NCBI GenBank assembly: GCA_973895155.1
Contig: OZ316893.1
Location: 19,100,857 to 19,164,856 of the forward strand
Length of the DNA stretch: 64,000 bases
Direction: 5' to 3'
DNA from: Marsupella aquatica
Lineage: Eukaryota > Plantae > Marchantiophyta
The notes under the pieces are model-generated. The model searched no databases. It was not told the origin of the DNA and saw nothing but the letters and a program-made list of their open reading frames with translations. Made by a program: the position numbers and the translations under genes. Shown one piece after another: positions 49,071-61,299 of the stretch (its first letter is position 1; the number at the start of each line of letters is the position of its first letter).

Positions 49071-50653
49071 ATACGGGGTGGCTAATCCAGTTTGCCAATT
49101 TTATGTGTATAGCGATGTCCTGTGCCAGTTTTATGTATATGGGTAAAGTCCTGACCTTAATACACCATAACGGTCTGATAACGGGAAACTAACACACTCA
49201 AGGATCTAAGCTGTTGTATTATTATTAAATTTTACCATAGTAGAGGAGAATTGTCATAACGAGGAGAAACCTCGATTTACAAGCTCCTCTCCATTAATGC
49301 ACTGAAACCTTAATACATTTAAGGATCTAAGAGATTTTAATTTTCATGAAGAACTGATCCAAATTTTAATTGTACAGCTTATTGCCCTGAAATTAGAATT
49401 AGAAAGAAAAGGGTACAGTGGAGAGATTCGTCCAATTCAGTTCAGATAAGTAGTATTAGGAAAGTAGTAGAGTCGAAACCTCCATACATTACCAGTAAAG
49501 ACGAAGGTTCCCTGTACGGGTGTTGTGGTATTCCCTACAAGCTGCGGGATGCTGTCGACTGTCGGAGGTACTTCCGCCCTGAAGCCGCTTTGGGCTCGAT
49601 TGGACTCATTTCAGGCCCCATTACTGGGACCCTATGTTGTGGACAACAACAATATACACCCAGTCGTGTCAAGAAATCCTCCTACATGGGGTGGGAGATG
49701 GATATTGTTCCAATCGTGTCATCTTGTAAGGAGGTTTAGAAATCCTCAGCCTACATGGTGGAGTGGAAGATTTGTATTGCTGCTGTAGGTCCAGGTTTGT
49801 TCCATTGCACTGTTCGGCTCGTTACTATATATTCTGTCCTGGTATTTGCATGGGGCAGAATTTCTCCATCATCGATTAATAAGCAAAAAAGCTCAATGGA
49901 CACAAGACCTTCGGTCACCAAGAAAGAAGTCTGACAGAGCAACACAAATAAGCAGGATCTACACGTCATGACTCATTGTTCAAACTCCTTATACACTTAT
50001 CGATCCAACCAAATTTTTGACAGCAGAGCCACACAACCTTTCCAAGGTAACTGGCAGTGCAACTTATTCACAATGTGGTGCACGAATGTGAATTTGCCCA
50101 ATATGAGTCCTCGAGTTGCCACTGAACCTCAGCATCTTATTAACACCTAAAAGAGTATGCGTCACGAACCTAACCTTATCCTCGGACTTTGAATACAGGA
50201 GGGACGAGACTGTAGAAAGTCTCGAAGCCTGATGGCCAAAGTAATGTGCAGTGCTCTCACCAAACTCTTCGCGCAAGTAATGTCCAATATGGTGAAAAAT
50301 CTTTCAGTACAAATTTGAACAAGATGAGAATGCTCCGGCAGTAAAATACCTCCCTAATCATCCGTCTTGACTGCTCGGTGCTCTGCAGATACTTTTACCC
50401 TAGGAGGTTTTTACAAGTATCTGCGAGAATACTTGGATGATATACTATTTGTTTAGACTCGCCAAGTGCCACCCGGGGTGAAATTAAACCACCTTTTCTA
50501 GGTCCCATCGCCTCTCCTTGACAGACGAAGCAAAGAGATCAACTGCCTTCCCACCTTCCTAAAATGCACGTCAGGTAACTCAAGTGAAACAACACATGTG
50601 ATGCATCAAATCATGGGATGCTCATATGCAGAATCACAGAACAGAATGCACCC

Positions 50654-53646
50654 TTAGTGGACAACATCGCTGATAATTCTTCTTGTCTTGATAGGAGCCC
50701 ATTTCCATCGCTTATAGTATGCTGCTTGTAGTAGTGCAAGAGATAGGACAAAAATCCACTTGATACCCATCTGCAATCACATGTAAAGAATCACTCACTC
50801 ACAGATTCCGTGATAGACCTCGGATATCTGAAGATCTTCTACGACAAACCCATCCAGGAAATAAGAACTCGACCTTTGCAACTCCATTAAAAGCAAGGCC
50901 ACGTGCGCATGTTCGTTACAGAAAAGAACTCCCTCTCATTGGCAGCAGGTATATAAAGCACAGGTTTGCAAGAGCAACTTAATGGTCAGATTCTAATCAC
51001 CCACCAGCTTTCGTTCGTTCATTTCCGGTTCAGCTGCCCATGATAAGAAGGCTGTCACATCCTTTGCCATCTGTAGCACAACACAACAACCTTTTAGTCA
51101 CACCGTCATCAATGCCCTTACACGGTGTGAGAGGAAGTTCTCCCAAATAAGTCATCCCTTCAATCACTCGTACAAAATAAGTACAGCAAGCATATTAACT
51201 CGCTTTTGATTTTAAAAGCATGTATAGCGACCAATTCTGTACAATGAAGAGAACTTGACGTGCTCACCCTCGGGGGGTAAATGAAGGCAATGCAGGACAA
51301 GAAGCAAAACATGATTTTGAGAACTGAGGCACAAACGGCTTGCTGAAGCTCCGAGCGAGACATCTGACTAGAAACGATCTCGTCATATCCATCAATCATG
51401 TAGAACAGTAATTACGTCACGTTCAGATAATAAACCAATTAACTAGAGAGCCCGTACCTGCGATTCAGTGGCGGGAGTACCGTCTTCGTACTCCACACCA
51501 CCATCACTGAGCATCTTTGGCATTGCGATGGCTCCTCCTGGAAAGTATGGGTTGTAGTGCAAACCCTCTCTAACCTGCCATCTGGAATATCAGTATGAGA
51601 AGATTAAGTTTATCTAGCAATTTTTCTATTTCTTACACTTCAATTACTCTTGGATATGCGTACAAAACCGGAGATAGAAATTGGTACCCCAGGAGTAATA
51701 ATAGGAAGACAGCGCAATTAAAAGTAGAACTGGTCAGAAAAGCCTTACTGAGACTCCAGCAGGTGGATCACGATAGCCAGTCAGCAGTGCGAAGACGTAG
51801 TTCTGGCCATTGTGGCGAGCCTGCAAATTATTTCGGCAGTCCATATCAATGTTTGTCAAAAGTGAAAGTAAGTCCGATGGTTGATTGCTGAACCCTGTTA
51901 GGCATATCCTTCTCTTCTTACCACAAGAAATGAAAATTCACTTCGTTGCTTCGTTCTAAAGCAACTTCGAAGACAAAATACTCCTCCAGCCACTTTTACC
52001 ATACAACACCCATCACCATCTATCTCATGTTCAACTCGGTAACCGGGTAGTCTGGACGGCTTGAGAACAACTAATGTTCAGCACAGGGCTGTCAAAACTG
52101 CTCCCATGATCCCGACATGTGTGTTGAATTCCCTCCGAACCTAGTAACAAACTTTGTGGCACTCTTTATTTCAAAGATCTTTAAATTCAGCCCTTTTCGT
52201 GCTATTCATTATATCCAGAGTCGTTGCATAACAGCCCACACTCCACTCACATAGCATTTCTACCAGCAAACTGGAGCCTGCAATTCGAGATACTACAGCT
52301 CCACATAGTATCAACACTCTGTACATCTAACCTAGAAAAAGCTAGTCAGTGCGGATTAGAGCGAAAGTTGCCAAATCATACCTTGGTGATAAGGCTCAAA
52401 TCTGGAGGGTAGGCACCTCCATTTGCGAACCGCGCTGCCGCCTCATTTGGATATGGTTTAGGAAAGTGATCACTCGGTTTTCCAGGACGTTCATACATTT
52501 CACCCTCGTCATTTGGTCCATCTTCAACCTCGATTTCGGCAGATATCGCCTTCACCTCGTCCTCAGTGTAGGCAACGCCAATCAGGTCACGGTATGCTAT
52601 CAACGACATGCTATGGCATGCAGCGCAAACCTGCTGGTAAACCTGATGCCCACGGCGGATTCTGCCACAGACCATAACCTTCTGATTCAGCTGGTCAAAT
52701 CAGACTACAGGGTCACCACCACAGCGACAAAAGAGCCTATGTCCGAATTCAGAACGGACTACACTGACGCTTCGCTGCTCAAACCCCAAACAGACATTTT
52801 CAAGCCGGTAATTCATTGAAATGGAATGAGAATGGGTCCAGAGCTGTACGAAGCATGGTCATAAGAGCTCAAGATTCCCTCGTGCGGCCATGGATACTCT
52901 GGTGAACTCAGACCGCGCTCAGCCTCATCAGCATGAACCACCCCTGCAATCCCAATAAGTCCGGTCACACCTGCCCCGACTAGAGCAGCTGCTCTAAACG
53001 CCTTGTTTGCCAGGTTTTCGCCATTATCAGAAGAATTCTCCTTTCCTGCTAAGGCCTGTAGCGCTGGGGAGGTCTGCATGTTTCATTACCAGGATGCAAA
53101 TTGCATTTTGTTACGATCGACATGTTTCACCACCTACTTGCGAAGCGAAGCTCAACCCATCATCATGACCATCTGCATTTATTTCGAGTGCTAAAATTGG
53201 CAAGACAATATCCAGCTGGAGAAAATGTCGAAGCCCAACACCATTCACTGCCATAACTTGTACTTAACCAAAGGATGTGCACATGATTTCAATTTCAAGG
53301 TCCTTCTCATTCCTGGAGAACTACACGAACGCGCGACAAGAGCCAGACAACGGCATAGATCTGAACGTCGTAATGCAGGGAAAGGAAACACCTCAATGCA
53401 TCAACAAATCCGCCCCCTTGATACACCATCGAAATAAGAGCTTGCTAATTGGCCCCAAACCCTAGATTTGCAAGCTCGGCAGCGAACTTTCGGTTCTTCT
53501 CCATCAGCACATATAGAAAGCGGTAGAATCGAATTGTGACTCACCTGTCGCACAGCCGGAGCAGCCCTGCTGCTGCTGCTGCTGTTGAGAACGCCCATAA
53601 ATCGAGACACCGCCCTGCCCAACGAGCCCGGCCCCCTGCCCGCCAT
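50654..53646 (-). CDS. CYC1: Mitochondrial cytochrome c1 (complex III), 7 exons
   Basis: Presequence, [38 protein letters not shown] (CXXCH), [15 protein letters not shown]|[49 protein letters not shown] and [16 protein letters not shown]. Confidence 0.96.
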
Positions 53647-54429
53647 GGTGCTTTGCCCTGCCTCTCCTCGCCTCTCCTCTCCTCTCCTCTTCTTCTCCTT
53701 CCCTTTGACAATCGAATTGGATCACCGCAACGCGTCCTCCCTCCAGGCGGAGCTTCTGCCCCTCACCTCGTGCCGATCGAATCAAGCTCGTCGTAGCCCA
53801 AATCAGCTCCAGGCTCCAGCTCTTCCAACGGAACGGATCGATCGATCGGTCGGAGCCACGACGCCTTCCGACAGTGGAGCGATACTCGTCGATCGACGAA
53901 AGACGGACGGAGTCACGGAGTGCAGAGAAAAAGCACTGTAGATGGACGGAAACACTCCCTCCTGTGACCCGAGTTTCCGTCGATACAAACCGTAGGTGGC
54001 CATCGACGGCGACGGTGTGCCCAGCACCGTTCGTTAAATTGCACACGCTCGGTACCCACTTTACAGTGGTTAAGGAGCACAGTCAACTTCCGCTCGCTGG
54101 GCAGGGACGGCGCCGTCGGGAACCCCATGATGGCGCTTTCTGTGGCTCTGGGCTCGCCAACTCTTTCCCATCTGTTCCGTCGCTGTGCAATAATATCTGT
54201 TTATTTATGAGTTGTCCTGATTTTTGTTCTTCCCCTTCTGTTCCTTTGGGGTGCTCTAAGGGTGGCAAGAAGTTGCCTAATTAGAGAGTTTCTTGTGACT
54301 CTTGTTCCAGAAATAGTCTCCAAACCAAAAATGTTGTGAAATGAAGTTCATTAAACCCCTAGGAACGAAGAATGAGCAAACGTTTGGAATGGCCGTCCTT
54401 GTTCTAAAGATAAAGTCCAAACCAAAGAA

Positions 54430-57400
54430 ACCATGATTGGTTTTGGCTCCAAGCTTTCTAGCTATGGAGTAACCCTAGATATTCTTTTTGCACCAGTTTG
54501 ACTACCCTCCCGCACTCATTTCTCCACGGAATCCAGTTTCCTCAATTGCATTAGTTTGCTCTTGTAGAGTCGCATCAAATAGATATAAAACACATCACAA
54601 ACAAAGCTATATCGACATACTTATAGTCACATTAGTTTTTGATATTTTTTTGTACTTTTTCTTCGACTTTTGTCTTCCTTTTGACTGTCATATCTTTGTC
54701 CATCTTTCACGGATTCCGGATTTCTCAAGTCCTTTGGATAGCTCTTCTACGGGAGCTTCAGATTGATCCCAAGAGCGGTCCGATTGGTCTCATATTGCCC
54801 CGATTGGACCTTGATTAGATTTTGCATTTTTTCTTCAATTTCACCTGTACTCTCTCTCAATTAGGTTTCCTCCCCAATTTGAGGTGACGGTTTCCCTTGA
54901 TCAACTTTGGAGCATTCCTGTATCGCCACGATTCTCCTCCGATTGGTGGTTGTCTTTCTTCTTCACTTCCGGCAGGGTGGCTTTTTGCCAAGTTTCGGGG
55001 ACCAGATTGTATTCCACCATCTTCGGGAGCTGTAGCAGCACGCTCAAATCAGCAAGCAGATTTTCACTTGCACCAAATCCTCCACAGACACATCGACAAG
55101 TGCTTCAGCTTTGTCCCCTAATGTGCCTGCACGGGCTCAATGGTTTCCTAGGCTCGCGGTGGCGCCATTTCTCGGATTGACGCGGTGGGCTCTCTCCATA
55201 GTCTTTCTTTTCTTTTCACATGTCTTGGTTGGGCCTTTTGTCGCTTCGTGATGCGCTTTTGCTTTTAGTGGGTTGCAGCCTAGCATGTCTACGTTGAGAG
55301 TGTTGGCTAGGGGCAAGCCCAGCCCCACCACACACACTTCTCCCCCCTCCTCCCCCCCGTCTCGTGGTCACCTTCGTGTTTGCTCTTCTTCACTAGATCT
55401 CTCTCATCTTTGTGATGACCCCATACCCAATGCTCTTCCAGTCCCCCCAGTCTACTGCCCACCCCATCGTCGCCCTGGCTCCTCTCCCCACCCCATTCCC
55501 CCCACCCCCCAGCATCACCCTCCAGCCTCTTCATCCACGTTTGTTCCACCCCCACCTCCCGTCCAATCTTTCCAGGCTCCCTCCCCAGACAAGCGTCCCC
55601 TGCACACTTGCCCTGACTATGTATGGGTTGGCATCTCCCTCCCTCATCATCACGGGTGGGCCAACGTCGCCAACAAGCACAATCCCAGCCTCAGCCCCCT
55701 CTTGACCCTGTTAGCTCTCCCCCTCCCTCCTTGGAGGCTTCTAAGCAGGCATGGAGTTGGGTTCGCACTCTAGACCCCCTTCCAGCCTACCATCCAGGGT
55801 ACATTAGACCCGTCTCTGTAATCACATCCCACTAGCGTTGCGCCCTTTAGTTCGGTCATCCTTGTTGCAACTCATGCAGCTTATCTTGGCCCATTCTATA
55901 GAGGTCTCTTATTGGTCTTTACTCATGTTTTTTCCACAGTGGACTCTTACCCTCCCTTGTCATGGTGGTCGCGTGGATCACTGTGAGACTGCCTCTCATA
56001 TCCATCATTTTCTGCGGGGAGATTGGGAACAGCTTCAGGAAGAGTACTTTCTTCAAGCCCGTTCCTTTACCGCTCGAGCTTTGTCTGACCTAGCTTGCCA
56101 CTCTCATCCTCCAAAGCATAGACGCTTGCCACTCTCATCCTCCAAAGCATAGACGCCTTTGTTGCTCTTGTCGTTTAGCCCAGGCTGGTGAATATCTTCA
56201 TGCTATCCAGACCCTTTCCCCCACCACACCCGCCCCCCCTGGCGAGGTCACCTTGACGGCCCTTCAGGATCTCCATCCGCAACCTATGATCAGCTCCCTT
56301 TGTTCATGGAGGATTTTGAGCCTGAGGAGGATCTTCAGTTTAGTGGGGACCACTTCACCTATGCCTTCCTTCATTCCTCGCATTGCACGGCTGGTGGCCC
56401 CTCTGGCTATGTCTTTGAGCATTTTTGTGATTTATTCCCCCCTTGAGGATCCTTCTTCTCCTTGTGCCAGTTTATTGCAGCCGGCCGTTTGCCTCCTCTT
56501 GTCTCCCGACTTTTGAGTGCTTCTGGTTTATTGGCCATGGCTAAGTCCTCACCAGGTGTTCGGCCCATAGCTATTGGAGAGGTTTTTCTTTGTCTTGTGT
56601 CTCGCACACTTTCATCGCAATATCGCTCTGCACTTTTGGATCATCTCTCTCCACATCAGTTTGCAATGGGCGTTCCTGGCTATTGTGAGTCAATTATTGC
56701 GGGTATTCGTGCTACCTTGGACCTCCACCCTGATTGGGGTGTCCTCCAAGTTGATGTCTCTAATGCTTTCAATACGGTTTCTTGGGCAGCCATTTTTTGT
56801 GCTTTGAGGGCGGCGGATCCAAACATATAGTCCCTCATCCCCTTTGTCTATTGTTTTTATGGACTCGAGGGCCGCTCTTCTATAGTCATCACATCTCTAC
56901 TGGATTGTATACCACTCTTTCTTTTGTAGAAGGTACACGTTAGGGTGACCCTTTGGGTGGGCCTCTTTTCGCCATTGCCCATTTTGCAGATTTACAGGAA
57001 GCCGCCCTAGCCCACCCCCAGTGTATCTTCCCCTCCCTTTTAGATGAGACTCACATCATTGGTCCTCTTGCTGCGGTTACTTTTGCCCTTGCCACTCTTT
57101 CCACCCATTTGATGGGCCTCGGTTTACGGGTTCAGCCTGTGAAGAGTCGTGTTTGGAATCCAGTTGGGTTACCCTCTGATCTTGCGCTTCCCCCTGGGTT
57201 CTTACGTCCAGTCGATGGTCTTCCGGTCCTTGGCTCCCCAGTCGGTATCGCCTCCTTCTGTTCATCTTTCATCGCTAACGCTCTACAGGCAGCCTTAGCC
57301 CCTACTCCTATGCTCCCTAAGTTAGCAGATTCTCAGGCAGCATTTGGGATGTTGTTGAGGTGCATCCACCCTCGTGCATCTTATTTGGCTAGGACGCATC

Positions 57401-58853
57401 CCCCTATCAAGAGTCTTTGTCTCCACCTTCGAGCGTTTGATGTCTCCATTCGAGAGACTTTGGCCTCTCTTTTAGGGCCGAGTACATTGCTCTCATCTCA
57501 ATGGCTTCATAGACAGCTCAATCTTCCTATTTCTCAGGGCGGGTTTGGGCTTACTTCCATTGAGCGCCTTGCACCTTTGGTCTTTTTGGGCGCGTGGGCG
57601 CCTTCTCATTGTTGGCAGATCGTTTCCTTATTGAGGATTGACCTTTTTTACTTTCGTCTCTCATGGAGGTAGAGGAGGGTTCCCTCCCATTTTAGGTTCA
57701 TTGGCGCGCAGCGCAGTCATCATTACCAGATCCCGTCCGAGTTGCGTTACCTTCATTTTAGGAGTTTTTATCCTTGGACCCCGTCCGTCTTCAGGCAGAC
57801 CTTGTTGGGTGTATGCATGCTTTCACCCTCTCCAGTATCCTCACCAAGGCACCTGACATGGACCGAGCTCGGATTCTTTCTTCTGGAGGGAAGGGCGCAG
57901 GAGGATGGCTTCAGGCCAATCCAGTCATTCTTCATCTGCAAATGTCTTCAGCGGAGTTCTCGACAGCCATGCGTTTTTGTATGGGGCTGCCCCACCCACT
58001 TCTTGCTGGTTTACCTCCTTCTTGCACTTGTGGGAAGCCTTGTGATGCCAGAGGTGTCCATCTTCTTTGGTGCAGTTTGGGTGGCAAAACCCATTTTGTC
58101 CACGATGTTGTGAGAGATGTAACTGCTCAGGTTCTCTCTGGCTCTTTGGTCAGCGTGCGGCAAGAGGTGGTGCTTGAGTTACTTGGTCCTCCATCATAGC
58201 GGTTACGGGTGGATCTTACTATGGTCCGTGAGGGTCAACGTACTGTGGCAGATGTAGTAGTGGCAAACCCATTGCGCCAAGACATCATTGGGACAACGAC
58301 AACAATGGTAGGGGCAGCGGCGTCACGAGCGGCAACAACGAAGGAGGTCAAATATGCTGCCCGAGCTTCATCTAATAGCTTCCTCCCCCTTGCTCTTGAG
58401 ATATTTGGGCATCTTCACCATCCATATGACGGGCTTCTTTGACAAGTTGCTCGGGATGTTCATGGTCGGATGGGTCCCACCGGACCCCCACTATCTGTTT
58501 TGACCACGCACTTTCGCCAACGCATTTCAGTCACCTTACAACGTGCTCAAGCTCGGGCCATCCATCATCCATCTCTGACAGTGGGTGCTAGTGTGCCTCT
58601 GCAGCGGCTAGCCCCCCTAGAGGACATTCCAGTCCCACTAGTCAATTTAGTTTCGACACTTGATGTGGACCATTAGCTATTAGCCACATTAGCTAGGAAT
58701 GTTAAGGACCTCGGTTCATTTGCAGTCATTTTAGTTCCCCTTTCTTGGTTCTTAGAGGTTTCTTTTTGCTCACTTCTTTGGCATTTGGTTTTGCCCACTT
58801 GGGACCTCTTTTGTTTATTCTTTTGTACTCTGTTTGGCCCTTTTCTATAAAAA
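54430..58853 (+). mobile_element. Degenerate RLE-type (CRE-like) non-LTR retrotransposon; 5' limit approximate
   Basis: RT motifs VRPIAIGE, HQFAMG, QVDVSNAFN, GTR*GDPLGG, SLLDETH, LGSPVG and LPISQGGFGL. C-terminal CTCG..HLLWC..H knuckle and RLE motifs RVD...ADV, KEVKY and FLPLALEIFG. T-rich 3'UTR ending TATAAAAA. Confidence 0.85.
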
Positions 58854-59672
58854 GTTTGTGTATGTTACTCTATTTGAGATGAAGTTCAATAAACCCCTAG
58901 TAAGAAGAAGAAGTTTAGAAATTCTATAGATATCTAAAACTAGCCCCAACTTCACATTCTTTGGAGTTGTGAGTAGAGAGGAGAGTACAATAAAATTGTA
59001 ACAAAACATATTTCTCCTTCCCATTCTTTAAATATTAATGGAATGATATATAAATAAAATTCATTCATTGATTATCATACATAATATATCATCATGTATA
59101 TACACATCTTCTTTATATGCAAATATATTTTGGTGGGACCCTAGAGTCAGAGGTCCCACTCTACAATAGAAACCTAGGCGTAGTTTCGTGTTGGCTTTTT
59201 ATAACTAAGATTCTAGATAAAATAAATACTCCGTATCAGCAATTACTCGGGCCCATTGTTTGCATGACACTGCTAAAAGACAAAAAACCTGGAGACAGGG
59301 GAGTAAAGAGACTAATTAGAGAATAATTGGACCAGAGTACACCAGTCCCATGCAACATAATGGAGCCCTAGATGTATCACAAAATTTGACAAGCAACTCA
59401 GGTGGACCAGATCAACCTGGATGGACCACTTCCAAACATCCAAACATCCAATTGGACTCCAATTAGTATAATTGCTTTATATAGTATGATGGTGACAGTT
59501 TTGTGTCTCAAAGGCTGTTAGGTCTATCCCAGTTACTTGGTTACACATTGGGGTCCATCCTAGCATCATTTTGCCGAACCGCAACTTTGAGATGAGTGTC
59601 GTGGAAATGGTGAGATTTCTCTGATAAGAGAGATTGAGTGATTGCCACTGACTGAAGTTGAAGAATTAATCA

Positions 59673-60961
59673 ATGGCCGCCCATCAGGCTCTACTTCTTC
59701 GTCCGGTGATGGTGGCAACTGCTTTGTCTTCGCCCAACCTGGCCATCCATTCTGCTGCTCGACGTTCTCTCTCCACTCCGCTCTCTCAATTGGACTTGTT
59801 ATCGACAGCTCCAACCGCAACATTTTCCGCTTTTCTTCGAGGTTCACAGCAGGAGCAGCGTCGCCGTCTCCTCCTGTTCCCCATCGATGCGGTTCCAGGT
59901 GCAGTATTGGGTGTAGAGCCTGATTTGGACGAGGATTATATTGACGGGTCTGAGTTCAAAACTGCTGGAGAGGATACTGTGAGCTTCCATCATGATTTCC
60001 TCCCCGTTCCCCCTTTTTTCCGTTTCCGTTGCTTCCGACATTCCTTCTATTCTCCTTTCTCGCGTGAATTGAAGAATGGAGGAGGATTCTGATGTAGTAG
60101 AGTGCTATCAGTGGGAATTTCTCAGGCGAGGGTGATGGGAAATAGAGCGTCATTTGGAGTGGAATTTGCAATTATTGGTAGTCGTGACAGTATACTGGCA
60201 TTGAGCCTTATTCGCATTCGTTGTTCCTCTTATGGTTTACAGCAGGAAGCGGATTTCCCGTATGGTAAACTAGATGGATCTCACTCGTATCACGAGGGAG
60301 ATGATAACTGTAAGTACACACACAGCCTCATGCCACATCTATGGGAGAAATAAATTTGCGACTTTCTCCCACCTTATGGCTGAAGAAATACGTATTTGTG
60401 AAATTTCTTCGTCTTGCAAGTCACCTCTGGATAGAGCTCGCGTGCAATCCATTTGGGACCTGACATAAGCTCATGAAATGCGTATATTTTCTTCCGAACG
60501 GCAAAAGAAAAAGTAGTAAAGAAAATTCTATGTTGATTGCAGTGGAGTTCTTTGCTGCTTGGGGCAATGCGATTAAAGAAGCAGGAGGCCCAAACGATAA
60601 TCCTATTCAAGGTATACCTAACGAGCATCTGGTTATTTCCTTACCAACATCAGCAAGTATTTTCAGAAAGAACTTGAGACGAACTTTTCCGTCTTCTTCA
60701 TAGGCAGAAAGATAGAGAGAGCCATTTGAGTCACCTCAAATCCTTTGGTGATGGTTTTCTCCTGCTGATATGCTGAAACTCTTACTGCCGGTAGTCGGAC
60801 AATCAGTTCAGAAGTAGAATTGCTGTAACGTATAAGTTTAAGACACCTTGTTGATTATCTACTTTATCTTTCCTGACTAATATGTTTGAAACTGTGTTGC
60901 AGCAACCATCTCATGGCTCTTCCTCCCAGCGATTTTCTCTGGATTGGCCTTTGGGGTTCAG
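59673..60961 (+). CDS. PnsB5: Chloroplast NDH subcomplex-B subunit PnsB5/NDH18, exons 1-4 only; 3' exons not found in the window
   Basis: Transit peptide then VEPDLDED...|EADFPYGKLDGSHSYHEGD|..WGNAI..Q|ATISWLFLPAIFSGLAFGVQ. Exons 59673-59978, 60243-60309, 60543-60611 and 60903-60961. Confidence 0.8.
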
Positions 60962-61299
60962 GTATAATTTTTTCGCATTCTGAGAAATATTGTGCATTTA
61001 CCTGAACTCTGTAAGGTAGTCCAGTGTCTTCTTTGTACAACGTCCACTATTAGGATATCCTCGGATCTGAATCTTGTAGGGAAAATATACACCCCCAAAA
61101 AACGCCACAATCGCCATGTTCCTCTCAGTTGTGTAAAGACGCACGAGATAATTGTCCTGCCCTTTGATTTCTAGAATGTATTACTTTTGTCATTGCCACA
61201 TCTTTGCGAAAGATACTATGACTGTCGCTTGGTGGTATACTAACTGATTTTTTCCGGCTTGGCATGGATATCGTAACAATTGTTCGAAAATCGCTCAGA

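Noticed and set aside
53504-54284. Several overlapping 118-180 aa ORFs
   Set aside because: Stop-poor GC-rich CYC1 exon 1, UTR and promoter; no motifs.
55273-55773. Proline-rich 166-aa ORF as an extensin-like gene
   Set aside because: It lies within the C-rich N-terminal part of the degenerate CRE-like element.
4459-60961. Functional gene cluster of organellar genes (PAM16, CYC1, RUS5, PnsB5)
   Set aside because: The genes belong to unrelated pathways and compartments; ordinary housekeeping neighbourhood with no evidence of co-regulation.
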